This document shows positions 55,685-64,000 of a stretch of 64,000 nt of DNA, in pieces. The notes under the pieces were generated by a model. That model was not told the origin of the DNA. It saw only the letters and a program-made list of their open reading frames with translations, and searched no databases. The stretch comes from a virus. Where the stretch lies: the IMG/VR virus record IMGVR_UViG_3300046464_000709, positions 32,001 through 96,000 of that record, one strand, 5' to 3'. Each line of letters begins with the position of its first letter. The first letter of the stretch is position 1. A program made the translations under genes and the position numbers.

Positions 55685-55909
55685 TTATTGCCGTCTTCCG
55701 TTGCCATCTAAGACATTACGCAAACAACTTGATTGACCCTTTCTTGAGGAAACCGATTTAGCTTGGTTGAAGCTATCTGCACTAGCGTACTGCACTAAAA
55801 TTGGAGTGCTTTTATCTAAATATACCATCATACCCTTGCGAGGTTGCGAGGCTAACTCTTTTTCATGCTTCTTGATTGAAGCGTTCATGTCTGCAATAAA
55901 ATCTATCAT
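55685..55909 (-). CDS. hypothetical protein
   Basis: Leaderless ATG 55909. Confidence 0.6.
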   Translation of the reverse strand: MIDFIADMNASIKKHEKELASQPRKGMMVYLDKSTPILVQYASADSFNQAKSVSSRKGQSSCLRNVLDGNGRRQ

Positions 55910-55968
55910 TCCTAAAGTATGGCACAAAAACAAAATTGTGTCAAGTCTTTTTTGAAAAAATTTGTAAG

Positions 55969-56235
55969 TTATTGTTCTTGAGTTATTTGAGTAAGAATAT
56001 CACTCTCATCAGCCCATCTATGTGTCGATGCGTATGGAGAGAAAGTTTTTCTTTCGAGGCTCACCAATTCTATTTCCCAATGTTTGTGATCCATCATTTC
56101 GAGTTGGTACTCAACTGCTTTTTCAGCGTTTTCTGCGAGATAATAATGATAATTATGACCTTGCGAATTTCTGCTAATATATTTTATTCTGTACTCAAAT
56201 AATTTTTGTTCTTTATTTGAGTTATTTTTTTTCAT
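55969..56235 (-). CDS. hypothetical protein
   Basis: 88 aa. Confidence 0.6.
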   Translation of the reverse strand: MKKNNSNKEQKLFEYRIKYISRNSQGHNYHYYLAENAEKAVEYQLEMMDHKHWEIELVSLERKTFSPYASTHRWADESDILTQITQEQ

Positions 56236-56236
56236 T

Positions 56237-56695
56237 TTATTTTAAATCTTCTAAATCTAGTTCTTCTACTTCTTCAACTGCTTTATTTAATTCTTTTCTT
56301 TCTTCAGTTATCTTTTCTCTACTGAATCCCCAAAATGTTATTTCCCATAATACATGAGCAACAATAGTAGTTTGATTAAATTTTTTAGGAGCAACAACTT
56401 CGCAGTCGATTATCTCGCCCCAATCCATAAAATCTAAAGCATAGTGTTCGTCTTGCTTATCATCAAAAAAGCATACATCTATTATTTGCTCTCCTTCATC
56501 CTCTATTTCATTTAAAGAAACTAAATTTTTTGTTTTATTCTGTTGTTCAATATTCTTTAATTCTCTGAATGCTTTTTCAAATTTTATTGATAGATCAACA
56601 ATTCTGTCTTGAGGGTGATCTTTTAAGAAAGTTTTATATATAACATTAAAAATATTTTTATATGATTTTCTGTACAATAATTCTCTTAATGTCAT
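56237..56695 (-). CDS. hypothetical protein
   Basis: YALDF.DW..AHVLWEITFWGF; GTGTA motif 9 nt upstream. Confidence 0.75.
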   Translation of the reverse strand: MTLRELLYRKSYKNIFNVIYKTFLKDHPQDRIVDLSIKFEKAFRELKNIEQQNKTKNLVSLNEIEDEGEQIIDVCFFDDKQDEHYALDFMDWGEIIDCEVVAPKKFNQTTIVAHVLWEITFWGFSREKITEERKELNKAVEEVEELDLEDLK

Positions 56696-56720
56696 ATATT
56701 TATATACACCTTATTTGCTA

Positions 56721-56912
56721 TTATAGATTTTCGTCAGTCCAATATATATTGGAGAATAATACAAGATCAACGACATTTTCATTTTCTATTTCTATTCCGA
56801 CTGCATCTCCTTCGGGCACAACTTCATCTGAACCTTCGTAGAAAAATTCTTCTGCATCAGACGCACAAGTTACTTGCCAATTATTCATATTTTTTATTTG
56901 TTTATTATTCAT
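56721..56912 (-). CDS. small acidic protein
   Basis: 63 aa. Confidence 0.55.
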   Translation of the reverse strand: MNNKQIKNMNNWQVTCASDAEEFFYEGSDEVVPEGDAVGIEIENENVVDLVLFSNIYWTDENL

Positions 56913-57161
56913 TTAAAATTCATCATGGAAATTGTCTAAATCTAAAAATTTAAAAAGCCAATCACTAAATTCTTGTAAATCATATAAAAATCTTTTTGTG
57001 TTATTATTTGCTACCCAAAACATTTGTTGTTGCAATAACATTCCATGTCTTTCTGATATTTCTTCTAATTTAGAAACAGGTAAATCTTCGGTGCAAGTTT
57101 CATACATTAAGTTGATGGCTTCCATTTTTCTATCAATTTCTTCTTCATAATTTTCTTGCAT
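56913..57161 (-). CDS. hypothetical protein
   Basis: 82 aa. Confidence 0.6.
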   Translation of the reverse strand: MQENYEEEIDRKMEAINLMYETCTEDLPVSKLEEISERHGMLLQQQMFWVANNNTKRFLYDLQEFSDWLFKFLDLDNFHDEF

Positions 57162-57364
57162 ATTTATTCTCCTATGGTGGATAATTCTATCATTTCTGAA
57201 ATATGCTTTTGTAGTTCGAGTTCTATTTTATTTGCTAGAATTTCTCTAGCACTTTCGCTTTTTATATTTATTTGTGAGTCTTGCAACTCCTCTAAAACTT
57301 TAAGGATTATTTCTTTCATATTCATCTATTATAGCATATCTATTATTATTTGTCAAGAATATTT

Positions 57365-57589
57365 TTAGCCTTCGTAATCGTCAAATTCTTTTGATTCGGG
57401 ATCAAAGATCGGGAAGAGGTAACTTATTTGTGTACCATCGCTTTCTTCTTCCATTACCGCTTCGTACCTTATTTCTCCATTCGCTTCATGCCATAGTCCA
57501 CCTACCATAATTCCGTTTTTAAAAACAGATGAATATGTATGATCCATGTGGAATCTGACATATCTTTTACTCCTCTCTCCTACATCCAT
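57365..57589 (-). CDS. hypothetical protein
   Basis: 74 aa. Confidence 0.6.
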   Translation of the reverse strand: MDVGERSKRYVRFHMDHTYSSVFKNGIMVGGLWHEANGEIRYEAVMEEESDGTQISYLFPIFDPESKEFDDYEG

Positions 57590-57881
57590 TTGACTCTTTC
57601 AAGCATAAAGCTAGTGATTCTAAATCGAACCGAGATTGGGTAAGAGTATGAAAGCAATGTCTGTTATCCATCTGATTCCATATTTGCTCGCATAAAGAAA
57701 TTTTTTCAATTAGAGGTAAATTCGTCATTGTTTCAACAATTTTCTTCCAAAACTTATAGGAAATTCTTTTATGTATTTGTTTGTCTTTGTGGAAAGTTGT
57801 TATTTTATTTGAATCAATTAAATCTTCAAAATCTAAAATTTTAAAAGATGTGAGTTTTTTATTTATGCATACTTCTCTCAT
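57567..57881 (-). CDS. hypothetical protein
   Basis: 104 aa, coupled. Confidence 0.6.
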   Translation of the reverse strand: MREVCINKKLTSFKILDFEDLIDSNKITTFHKDKQIHKRISYKFWKKIVETMTNLPLIEKISLCEQIWNQMDNRHCFHTLTQSRFDLESLALCLKESNGCRREE

Positions 57882-58105
57882 CTACCCTTATTTGCTATTG
57901 TTCCATTTTTAATTAACTGCTCGAATACATTCCACATTTTTTGATAGCGAGTGTCGTGCATTTGTTTCATGCCAATCAACATATTTAATAGTTGGTCTTC
58001 TGTATGTTTGATCGGAGAGTCTCCAATCGCATATATAATTGTTTCTATGTCTTCGCCTATTTGGTGAAGATTGCTCATTGCGTCTTCTAATTCAAATCTG
58101 TTCAT
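57878..58105 (-). CDS. hypothetical phage protein
   Basis: MNRFELED..; leaderless ATG 58105. Confidence 0.7.
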   Translation of the reverse strand: MNRFELEDAMSNLHQIGEDIETIIYAIGDSPIKHTEDQLLNMLIGMKQMHDTRYQKMWNVFEQLIKNGTIANKGR

Positions 58106-58142
58106 GCAAATACAATACAATATTTTTAAAACTTTGTCAAGC

Positions 58143-58331
58143 CTAATCTTCTGTTGACTTTATTATTTTTGAAATTGATGCAGTATATAGCCTTTTTCTC
58201 TCAAGTAATTGCTTGTATTTTTTCTTGGCTTTATCTAAAGAGTTAAATATTTGCCACTCGTTTATATGCAAGGGGCTTTGTTTGATAGTTGAAGACCATG
58301 TAACAACATACTTTTGAGTATCTGATGTCAT
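58143..58331 (-). CDS. hypothetical protein
   Basis: 62 aa. Confidence 0.55.
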   Translation of the reverse strand: MTSDTQKYVVTWSSTIKQSPLHINEWQIFNSLDKAKKKYKQLLERKRLYTASISKIIKSTED

Positions 58332-58603
58332 TCAATTTGATCTTTAGTAAGCCTATGTAGAGTTTCTAGTCTATCTTCTGCGTCAGCAAGCAAAGATAGA
58401 GCCTCTTCTGCATTTTTATAAAAGTCTTCGGTGGAATGATCCCCAATTCCGACTGCGTTATTTCCTAGCAAATCAAGACTCAATTTGGCTTTTGCTATAT
58501 CTGCTTTTGCGGATGTTTTTAACATTTGATATAAATTATTATTCATTTTCATTCGTAAATAGTAACATAAAACTTGCCCAAATGCAATAACAAAGTACGC
58601 CAA
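58328..58603 (-). CDS. hypothetical phage protein
   Basis: N.VGIG.HS motif; start probably downstream of the called one. Confidence 0.65.
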   Translation of the reverse strand: MAYFVIAFGQVLCYYLRMKMNNNLYQMLKTSAKADIAKAKLSLDLLGNNAVGIGDHSTEDFYKNAEEALSLLADAEDRLETLHRLTKDQIE

Positions 58604-58638
58604 TCGCCAAAAAAGCTCCTTTAATCCAATCTAAAAAT

Positions 58639-58914
58639 TTATTCATTTAAATAAGGTTTTACATCTTTGTTTAGAAGAATTTTCTTGTCTTCGTAATCGG
58701 AAATTAGTCTTCTATATAGTTCCATTTTTGCACATTCTAATGCCCCGATAATGTCATTATATGTTTGATAGCTTTCTTTATTTTGAGATATATATCTCGA
58801 AACTATTTGGTGAATTGTATAATTCAATCCTCCCGAATCTTTAATTTCAGATAAATTTAGGGCAATTAAGCCTCTGTCTATCTCTTCTTTTTGTGATGTT
58901 GGTATATACGGCAT
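58639..58914 (-). CDS. conserved phage protein (MPYI...G.LNY..IG.LEC.K.ELYRR)
   Basis: Motif plus TTGACA-17-TATAAT with ATG 6 nt downstream. Confidence 0.8.
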   Translation of the reverse strand: MPYIPTSQKEEIDRGLIALNLSEIKDSGGLNYTIHQIVSRYISQNKESYQTYNDIIGALECAKMELYRRLISDYEDKKILLNKDVKPYLNE

Positions 58915-58952
58915 GAAGACATTATATTTGATTTGCTTGAAAATGTCAAGTG

Positions 58953-59606
58953 TTATTTTTCTTGTTGTTTATAAATACTATATTTGTGTGTTTTTGATAA
59001 TGCATTTTTAAAGTATGTAAAAAATTCTGCTTCTCTAGCATGAATATTGTAACCATCGTTATCGAATATTCTATATAGTGATGTTTTAAATCTCATAGGT
59101 AAATATAAATTTTCTTTCATGCATTTCTTGATGAATAAAACTGCATGATCTAATACTTTTCGGGATATTTTATTTGCTTTAAATTTGTTTTTAATAAATT
59201 CTAAATACTCTTGTTTTTCTTTGTTTCTTGCCTTTGCTATATATTTATCATACGCAGATTCTCTGCTTGCAATATCTCGTCCGACATCTTGTTCTGTTGT
59301 GAATTTTTTAGAAGTTTTTTTTTCGCTTATTTTATTTCGACATTCTATATTTGATTTATACATTTCCTTTTGTCGCTTTAATTCGAGATCGTTATCTTGC
59401 ATTTTAAGTATGGCTTTGTTTTCAGTCATTTTTCCATCAAGAACCTCTCTAACGCAAATTTGCACTATACTCGTTGTGACTCTGTAAGGATAATTTCTGC
59501 AAATGAATTTATAAAACTTACCACTTATTTTGCCGTGCTTTAATTTTTTATGCAAGTATCTTCTGTAGTTGCAATTTTTTGTATTGTGCAATGTTTTCAT
59601 GTACAT
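58953..59606 (-). CDS. basic hypothetical protein
   Basis: 217 aa, Lys-rich. Confidence 0.65.
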   Translation of the reverse strand: MYMKTLHNTKNCNYRRYLHKKLKHGKISGKFYKFICRNYPYRVTTSIVQICVREVLDGKMTENKAILKMQDNDLELKRQKEMYKSNIECRNKISEKKTSKKFTTEQDVGRDIASRESAYDKYIAKARNKEKQEYLEFIKNKFKANKISRKVLDHAVLFIKKCMKENLYLPMRFKTSLYRIFDNDGYNIHAREAEFFTYFKNALSKTHKYSIYKQQEK

Positions 59607-59658
59607 ATTTTAGCTTTTTATCGACATATATTTAAAATGTGTCGATTTTGTAAGCATA

Positions 59659-59865
59659 TTATTTTTGTTTATTTGCGTTTGTTATTAACATTTCTCTTTT
59701 TTTCGGTCTTAATTTACAAAACTCTAAAAAGGTCATTTTTTTATCAAAATTAAATTTTTTCCATTGCTCATGTAGCTTAACTCTTTTTGGGATGAACTTT
59801 CTCTGATTTTTTCTGACTTGCTTTGAGAACTCTATTGATATTTCATTATCGAATCCGCCCATCAT
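59659..59865 (-). CDS. hypothetical protein
   Basis: 68 aa. Confidence 0.55.
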   Translation of the reverse strand: MMGGFDNEISIEFSKQVRKNQRKFIPKRVKLHEQWKKFNFDKKMTFLEFCKLRPKKREMLITNANKQK

Positions 59866-60084
59866 TTATTTTTGTTTATTTGTTTTTTTATCTCCCCAAA
59901 AGCCACAAACACATGGCTTATTATTTTTTTGATTTGCTCCTTCTTGAAAGCCTTTTTCGTATGATTGATTTGCGTTTTTACTTAATATTTTTTCAAATTT
60001 TTTAGATAATATTTCTTGTGCATCTGCGAAGCCTTTATCGTATCCTTTTTGGAAGTATATATCTTCTGTCATTTGCTCAATCAT
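59866..60084 (-). CDS. small protein with GYxxG repeats
   Basis: KGYDKGF, SYEKGFQEG. Confidence 0.6.
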   Translation of the reverse strand: MIEQMTEDIYFQKGYDKGFADAQEILSKKFEKILSKNANQSYEKGFQEGANQKNNKPCVCGFWGDKKTNKQK

Positions 60085-60129
60085 TTTGCTTTTCTATTAT
60101 ACTAAATATTATTTGATTTGTCAAGGATT

Positions 60130-60318
60130 TTATTTATCTTCGTGCAACTTTCTTTTATTTATTGTCATTTTCCAAACCTTGTGATCTGTATCTAGCTCCA
60201 TGCTCCAATACATTATTTTACTATAGACAGGATATAAGAAAGCAAATAAATCACAACGCAATAAAAAACTTAATGCGTGACCGCAATAATATAAAAAATT
60301 ACTTGCAATTAACTTCAT
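60130..60318 (-). CDS. small hydrophobic protein
   Basis: 62 aa. Confidence 0.55.
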   Translation of the reverse strand: MKLIASNFLYYCGHALSFLLRCDLFAFLYPVYSKIMYWSMELDTDHKVWKMTINKRKLHEDK

Positions 60319-60589
60319 CTATTTTAGCTTGCACTGCTTCTTCGCAGAGTTCATTAAATGTTATATTTTTTTCGTGTGCGAATTTCATGTATTTGAGCAA
60401 TTCTTCTTCATCGAATTCTAGTTCTACATTTTCGTATTTTACTTTTTTAATAATAAATGCTTCGTCTTGAGGAATGAATTTTAAATCATCCCCTTCTTCC
60501 CAACCCAAACGATTCAAAACATCATCGGGGAGGCGGAAATATAATTCACCATTGAAACTTTCTTTAATTTCTAATTCTGATATTTTCAT
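60299..60589 (-). CDS. AbrB/MazE/SpoVT-type DNA-binding protein
   Basis: LYFRLPDDVLNRLGWEEGDDL.F....IIKK signature. Confidence 0.75.
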   Translation of the reverse strand: MKISELEIKESFNGELYFRLPDDVLNRLGWEEGDDLKFIPQDEAFIIKKVKYENVELEFDEEELLKYMKFAHEKNITFNELCEEAVQAKIDEVNCK

Positions 60590-60784
60590 TTATATGTCTT
60601 TTCTGCTCTTGATTGATGCAATGATACATTTAGCTCCATGCTCGTTTGAGGTCATTAAAGCTTCTCCGTTGGACATCATTATTTTGTACATTAATTTTCC
60701 AGAATGAATTCTTTCTTTTACATAAATTACTTGCTTAGGGTTTATGTAATATTTTTCGTTATTTGCGTCTTCTATTGTTATCAT
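60590..60784 (-). CDS. FlbD-like small protein
   Basis: YYINPKQV.YV..I.MSNGE. Confidence 0.55.
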   Translation of the reverse strand: MITIEDANNEKYYINPKQVIYVKERIHSGKLMYKIMMSNGEALMTSNEHGAKCIIASIKSRKDI

Positions 60785-60786
60785 TT

Positions 60787-61158
60787 TTAGTTGAACATAT
60801 CGTCCACTTGATTGTAAAGATCGTCTTGAAATTTTTGCACTTTATCTTGATGTTTTGCTTCATCCCAACCTTTTGCATAACCTTCGTTATATTTTTTCAT
60901 AAAATCTTCTTCTTGTGCAAGATACATTGGATGGTCGGGGTCAGTATAATTATATTTTGTGTGACCTTGTCGATTTTCATCTATTTCTTCTTGTGTGAAC
61001 CATTTATATTCTGTATTGAATAATTCATCAACATTACTTGGATGGTATCCCATACCGACAAGTAAGCCCTTGAACATATCTCCAACGCTTTCTAAGTCTG
61101 CATCGTTATCATATTCAACGCTATAAGTTTTATCGTAATTTGTAATTGTTATTTTCAT
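60787..61158 (-). CDS. hypothetical protein
   Basis: 123 aa. Confidence 0.7.
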   Translation of the reverse strand: MKITITNYDKTYSVEYDNDADLESVGDMFKGLLVGMGYHPSNVDELFNTEYKWFTQEEIDENRQGHTKYNYTDPDHPMYLAQEEDFMKKYNEGYAKGWDEAKHQDKVQKFQDDLYNQVDDMFN

Positions 61159-61339
61159 TATTTATTTCCAATTTTTTTCTAGTATATATTTCTTTGCAAC
61201 TCTATTCATTTTAAATGCTTTATTTTTTTCTTGTGCTTCATATTTTGATAACATTGCACTGCTTAGTTTTGCGTAGGATGCTCGTGCGGTTGTATCAATT
61301 AATATGTATTTGTATAATTTTGGATTGTTTTCTATCATT

Positions 61340-61660
61340 TTAGTATTTTAATTTTACTCCGCCTTGTATGTAATTTTGTTCTTGTTTTATCCAATTTGGT
61401 AAATCTAATCTTTTTACTCTTGCATACTCTCTAAGAAAAAACATGAATGCTTGTTCGTCATCGTTTATTTGAGCTATTCTTATTTCTTCGAGGTATATTT
61501 TTTCTTCATATTTGTAGGATGCATCTAGTGCAAGAAGGTCATCTATTTCTTGTTGCATTTCTGCTGAACGAGAAACTTTTGTGTCTTCGGGTTTAAGTAT
61601 AGCAGAATGATTGCATCCTGTCAACACCGAAATTAAAAATAAATTAATAATCGTTTTCAT
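61340..61660 (-). CDS. putative lipoprotein
   Basis: MKTIINLFLISVLTGC lipobox. Confidence 0.7.
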   Translation of the reverse strand: MKTIINLFLISVLTGCNHSAILKPEDTKVSRSAEMQQEIDDLLALDASYKYEEKIYLEEIRIAQINDDEQAFMFFLREYARVKRLDLPNWIKQEQNYIQGGVKLKY

Positions 61661-61773
61661 TTTTTAAACTTATTGTCAATCCAAACCTTGTAGGTATAAA
61701 GAGCCATCAACATAAAAGTCAACATCAAGCCGTCTCCCCAAGATAAATTCCACAACTCTATTATTTGATCCAT
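61657..61773 (-). CDS. 38-aa membrane peptide (not in ORF track)
   Basis: MDQIIELWNLSWGDGLMLTFMLMALY...; leaderless promoter; ATGA overlap with the next gene. Confidence 0.55.
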   Translation of the reverse strand: MDQIIELWNLSWGDGLMLTFMLMALYTYKVWIDNKFKK

Positions 61774-62004
61774 GAAACTATTTTATCACTTGTCTTTTAT
61801 TTTGTCAAGCGTTTTTTTGATTTTGCTCCATTTTATTTTGGAGTAATTGTCTTGAAATTGTTTTGATGTATTATTTCGTGGCGAGTCGCCTTTGCCATTT
61901 TGATTATTTGATGATTTGCCTTTTGTCATTTTACATAAAATATATAAACATAATTATTATACCTACAACAATACCCAATTCAATAAAGAATGTTAGTCTG
62001 CTCT

Positions 62005-63024
62005 TCATCCATATAACGCTTTTTGCAGTAAGCGAATAGCTTTGTCTTTACCTTTAACTTCGCATTCCCACTTTACGGGTCTATCTACATCTATCGCAAT
62101 ATGAGGGGGGGTATTTCCAAGAGCGAAATAATCTGCGTGTGCTCTTGGTTTTTCGGGCTTACCTTCAGACCAATGAAATACAGGAGCAAAATAATCTGCC
62201 ACTGCCTCGCATTCATCGCTATGCGGTTTATCTGTATTTACCCATGTGTAAGCACATCTCTCTGCTTGAAGTGTAATATTGCGTTCTTTTGATGGATTGC
62301 AAAAATCATGCAAATTGTCATAGCAGACAGGTATTTGCGCTCCGAATGTATCGTATAAGTGGTCGCTAAATTTAATGCAATTATCTACATTAAAGAAGCC
62401 TTTGTCTTCGTTTTCTATAGTTATTCGTTTGTAAACTCCTTTATCGCACATAGAAAGATTGCGGAAGAATCTGGTAGCAACGATCTCTAATGTTTCATCT
62501 GCTTGTGGAGTATAATTAATGTGAATATTCATTGGAGCATTATGATCTTGAGGTAAGCCTAATTGGTCAAGAACGCTTGCTTGAAAATTTAATTCATTTA
62601 TCGTTCGCTTTACTGCATCTTTATTATTTGACGCAAGAACATTAAATTGATCGGGGTGAGAGCCGATAGAAATCCTCAATGTTTGAGCGATTAATCCTGC
62701 TTGCCTTAATTCTTGTTTGATCGTGGCGTAATTCGGAAGGTCTTCAAGAGATATTTCCAAAGTTTGATCGGTAAGGAGAGGAAAAAGAGAAGAGCTAAGA
62801 CGATAATGCCTAATATTTGTGGCACTACAATGATTGATAATATATTGAGTAACAATAACATTGTGCAAAATTCTTTCAGAGAGTTGATTAAGGGCTTCAT
62901 TTCTACTTTCTGAGTTACACAAATCATTGAATCTCTTGCGAGTCATTGTGCGAAATGAGTATTTCTTTTTGTCTTTATCTTTTAGTTCTTCGCTGATGCA
63001 AGTTAGTCCTAGTGTTGTTGTCAT
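62005..63024 (-). CDS. uvsE: UV-damage endonuclease
   Basis: YRLSS.LFP, HPDQFNVLAS, NIH, RITIENEDK, YDNLH, FHWSE, HADY, ECEVK.KDKA. Confidence 0.92.
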   Translation of the reverse strand: MTTTLGLTCISEELKDKDKKKYSFRTMTRKRFNDLCNSESRNEALNQLSERILHNVIVTQYIINHCSATNIRHYRLSSSLFPLLTDQTLEISLEDLPNYATIKQELRQAGLIAQTLRISIGSHPDQFNVLASNNKDAVKRTINELNFQASVLDQLGLPQDHNAPMNIHINYTPQADETLEIVATRFFRNLSMCDKGVYKRITIENEDKGFFNVDNCIKFSDHLYDTFGAQIPVCYDNLHDFCNPSKERNITLQAERCAYTWVNTDKPHSDECEAVADYFAPVFHWSEGKPEKPRAHADYFALGNTPPHIAIDVDRPVKWECEVKGKDKAIRLLQKALYG

Positions 63025-63100
63025 GCTCTAATTGTACCACATATTTACGATCCTGTCAAGATATTTGAGTGTAATAATGTATAACACAATAAAAATTATT

Positions 63101-63187
63101 ATGCAAACACTCGTTGATCTGTGGAACTTATTTCTTATCGCTTATGTGGTATTCGCATTGGGTATGATATTTTTACCCCGAAAATAG
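63101..63187 (+). CDS. 28-aa membrane peptide
   Basis: MQTLVDLWNLFLIAYVVFALGMIFLPRK; GTGTA motif upstream. Confidence 0.45.
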   Translation: MQTLVDLWNLFLIAYVVFALGMIFLPRK

Positions 63188-63292
63188 TTAATATCCTCTA
63201 AAATATTTTATAATAGGCTCAATTAAAAGGTAATACCAAAAAGCGAAGGTCATTAAAGTAAAATCAAATAATTTTCTTAAAATTTTCTTCAC
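63188..63292 (-). CDS. 34-aa membrane peptide
   Basis: GTG start 9 nt after GTGTA; MKKILRKLFDFTLMTFAFWYYLLIEPIIKYFRGY. Confidence 0.45.
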   Translation of the reverse strand: MKKILRKLFDFTLMTFAFWYYLLIEPIIKYFRGY

Positions 63293-63305
63293 TCATATAT
63301 TTACA

Positions 63306-63998
63306 CTATTGTTTGTATTTTGATAGTGCTTCTTCTAGTGCTTCTATTGCTGTTCTTGTTTTAATATATTGTTCGATTTTTGTTGTATCAAGAACGCAAT
63401 TTGATCGTGGAGCAATTGTTTCTTTGCCGAAAGATTCTAAATCATCAAAAAACTTAAAATCTTTATTTGACAAATTATGTTTTTTAATTAACTCTACAAC
63501 ATCTTTTGTTGTGACGCCACCTTTATTTGTAACATTATAAATTCCATGCGGTACTTCTTGGTTAATTAACTGCATTACATATTTAGCAAAATCTGCACGA
63601 TGAGATAAAGAATTTTCTGCATCTAGCAAAGTGTCATAAGATAATAATTTAGTCAAGTAATTTCTTGGAGATTCACATTCATCGAAAGGAATACGCAATC
63701 TGAACACATAACTATTTGGATTATTTTGAAGCACAACTTTCTCTGCAAGAGCTTTTGTTCCGCTATAAAAACTACCATTTTGGAAATCAAAATTGGGAGT
63801 ATCTTTTTCAGTAAAATGTTTTTCGTATCCACCATAAATACAACCCGAAGATATTTGCGTGAATTGATATTTCTTTTCGCAACATAATTGAGCAAGCATT
63901 AAAGGTAGCAAAACATTACCTTCGATGCAATCTGCTTTCTCCAATTCACAAGCATCAACATTTGGTTTGCCGATATATCCTGCACAATTAATTATATG
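63306..63998 (-). CDS. NDP-sugar epimerase/reductase (RmlD / NRS-ER-like), 5'-truncated by window edge
   Basis: INCAGYIGKPNVDACE, SSGCIY, SFYSGTKALAE, RLRIP. Confidence 0.85.
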   Translation of the reverse strand, partial: HIINCAGYIGKPNVDACELEKADCIEGNVLLPLMLAQLCCEKKYQFTQISSGCIYGGYEKHFTEKDTPNFDFQNGSFYSGTKALAEKVVLQNNPNSYVFRLRIPFDECESPRNYLTKLLSYDTLLDAENSLSHRADFAKYVMQLINQEVPHGIYNVTNKGGVTTKDVVELIKKHNLSNKDFKFFDDLESFGKETIAPRSNCVLDTTKIEQYIKTRTAIEALEEALSKYKQ

Positions 63999-64000
63999 CA

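Noticed and set aside
1-64000. Alternative genetic code (stop-codon reassignment)
   Set aside because: Long conserved genes are intact in code 11 and end in TAA, TAG or TGA. The short early ORFs have their own promoters rather than being fragments.

Overview
This window is 64 kb of an AT-rich, large tailed-phage genome read in standard code 11. The host cannot be determined from the sequence. 1-4.4 kb (+) holds a 5'-truncated DnaE and a ClpC-type ATPase. 4.4-26.6 kb (mostly -) is a late module: major capsid, decoration protein, protease/scaffold, large terminase, a ZnF-ERCC4 nuclease, a phage sigma factor, a putative lysis cassette, an orphan MbcA/Xre-type antitoxin domain, modular fibre/RBP genes and PhoH. 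Many of these genes have a GTGTA motif about 9-12 nt before the start codon. A GC-rich inverted repeat at 26.7-26.8 kb marks a sharp switch to an early/accessory region (26.9-64 kb) of dozens of small genes. Many carry their own sigma70-type promoter with the ATG only 5-8 nt after the -10 box (leaderless). This region also encodes a GP88-like protein, DUF932, two HhH-GPD proteins, a ligase, GIY-YIG/HNH nucleases, a mini-kinase, rIIA/rIIB, an AbrB-like protein, UvsE and an RmlD-like enzyme. The main unexplained structures are: (1) eight nested-palindrome elements at 27.7-37.9 kb, made of 25-bp dyads YAA-N4-TTG-N5-CAA-N4-TTR repeated at a 52-bp pitch, resembling back-to-back IHF sites and mostly 1.1-1.5 kb apart; (2) a promoter- and terminator-bounded ~390-nt structured non-coding unit at 39 kb; (3) a ~100-nt tRNA-like RNA with complementary (kissing) loops at 33.1 kb; (4) an MraZ-box-like 10-bp-periodic repeat at 42.7 kb. 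All protein family calls come from motif recognition by eye; no database searches were run.
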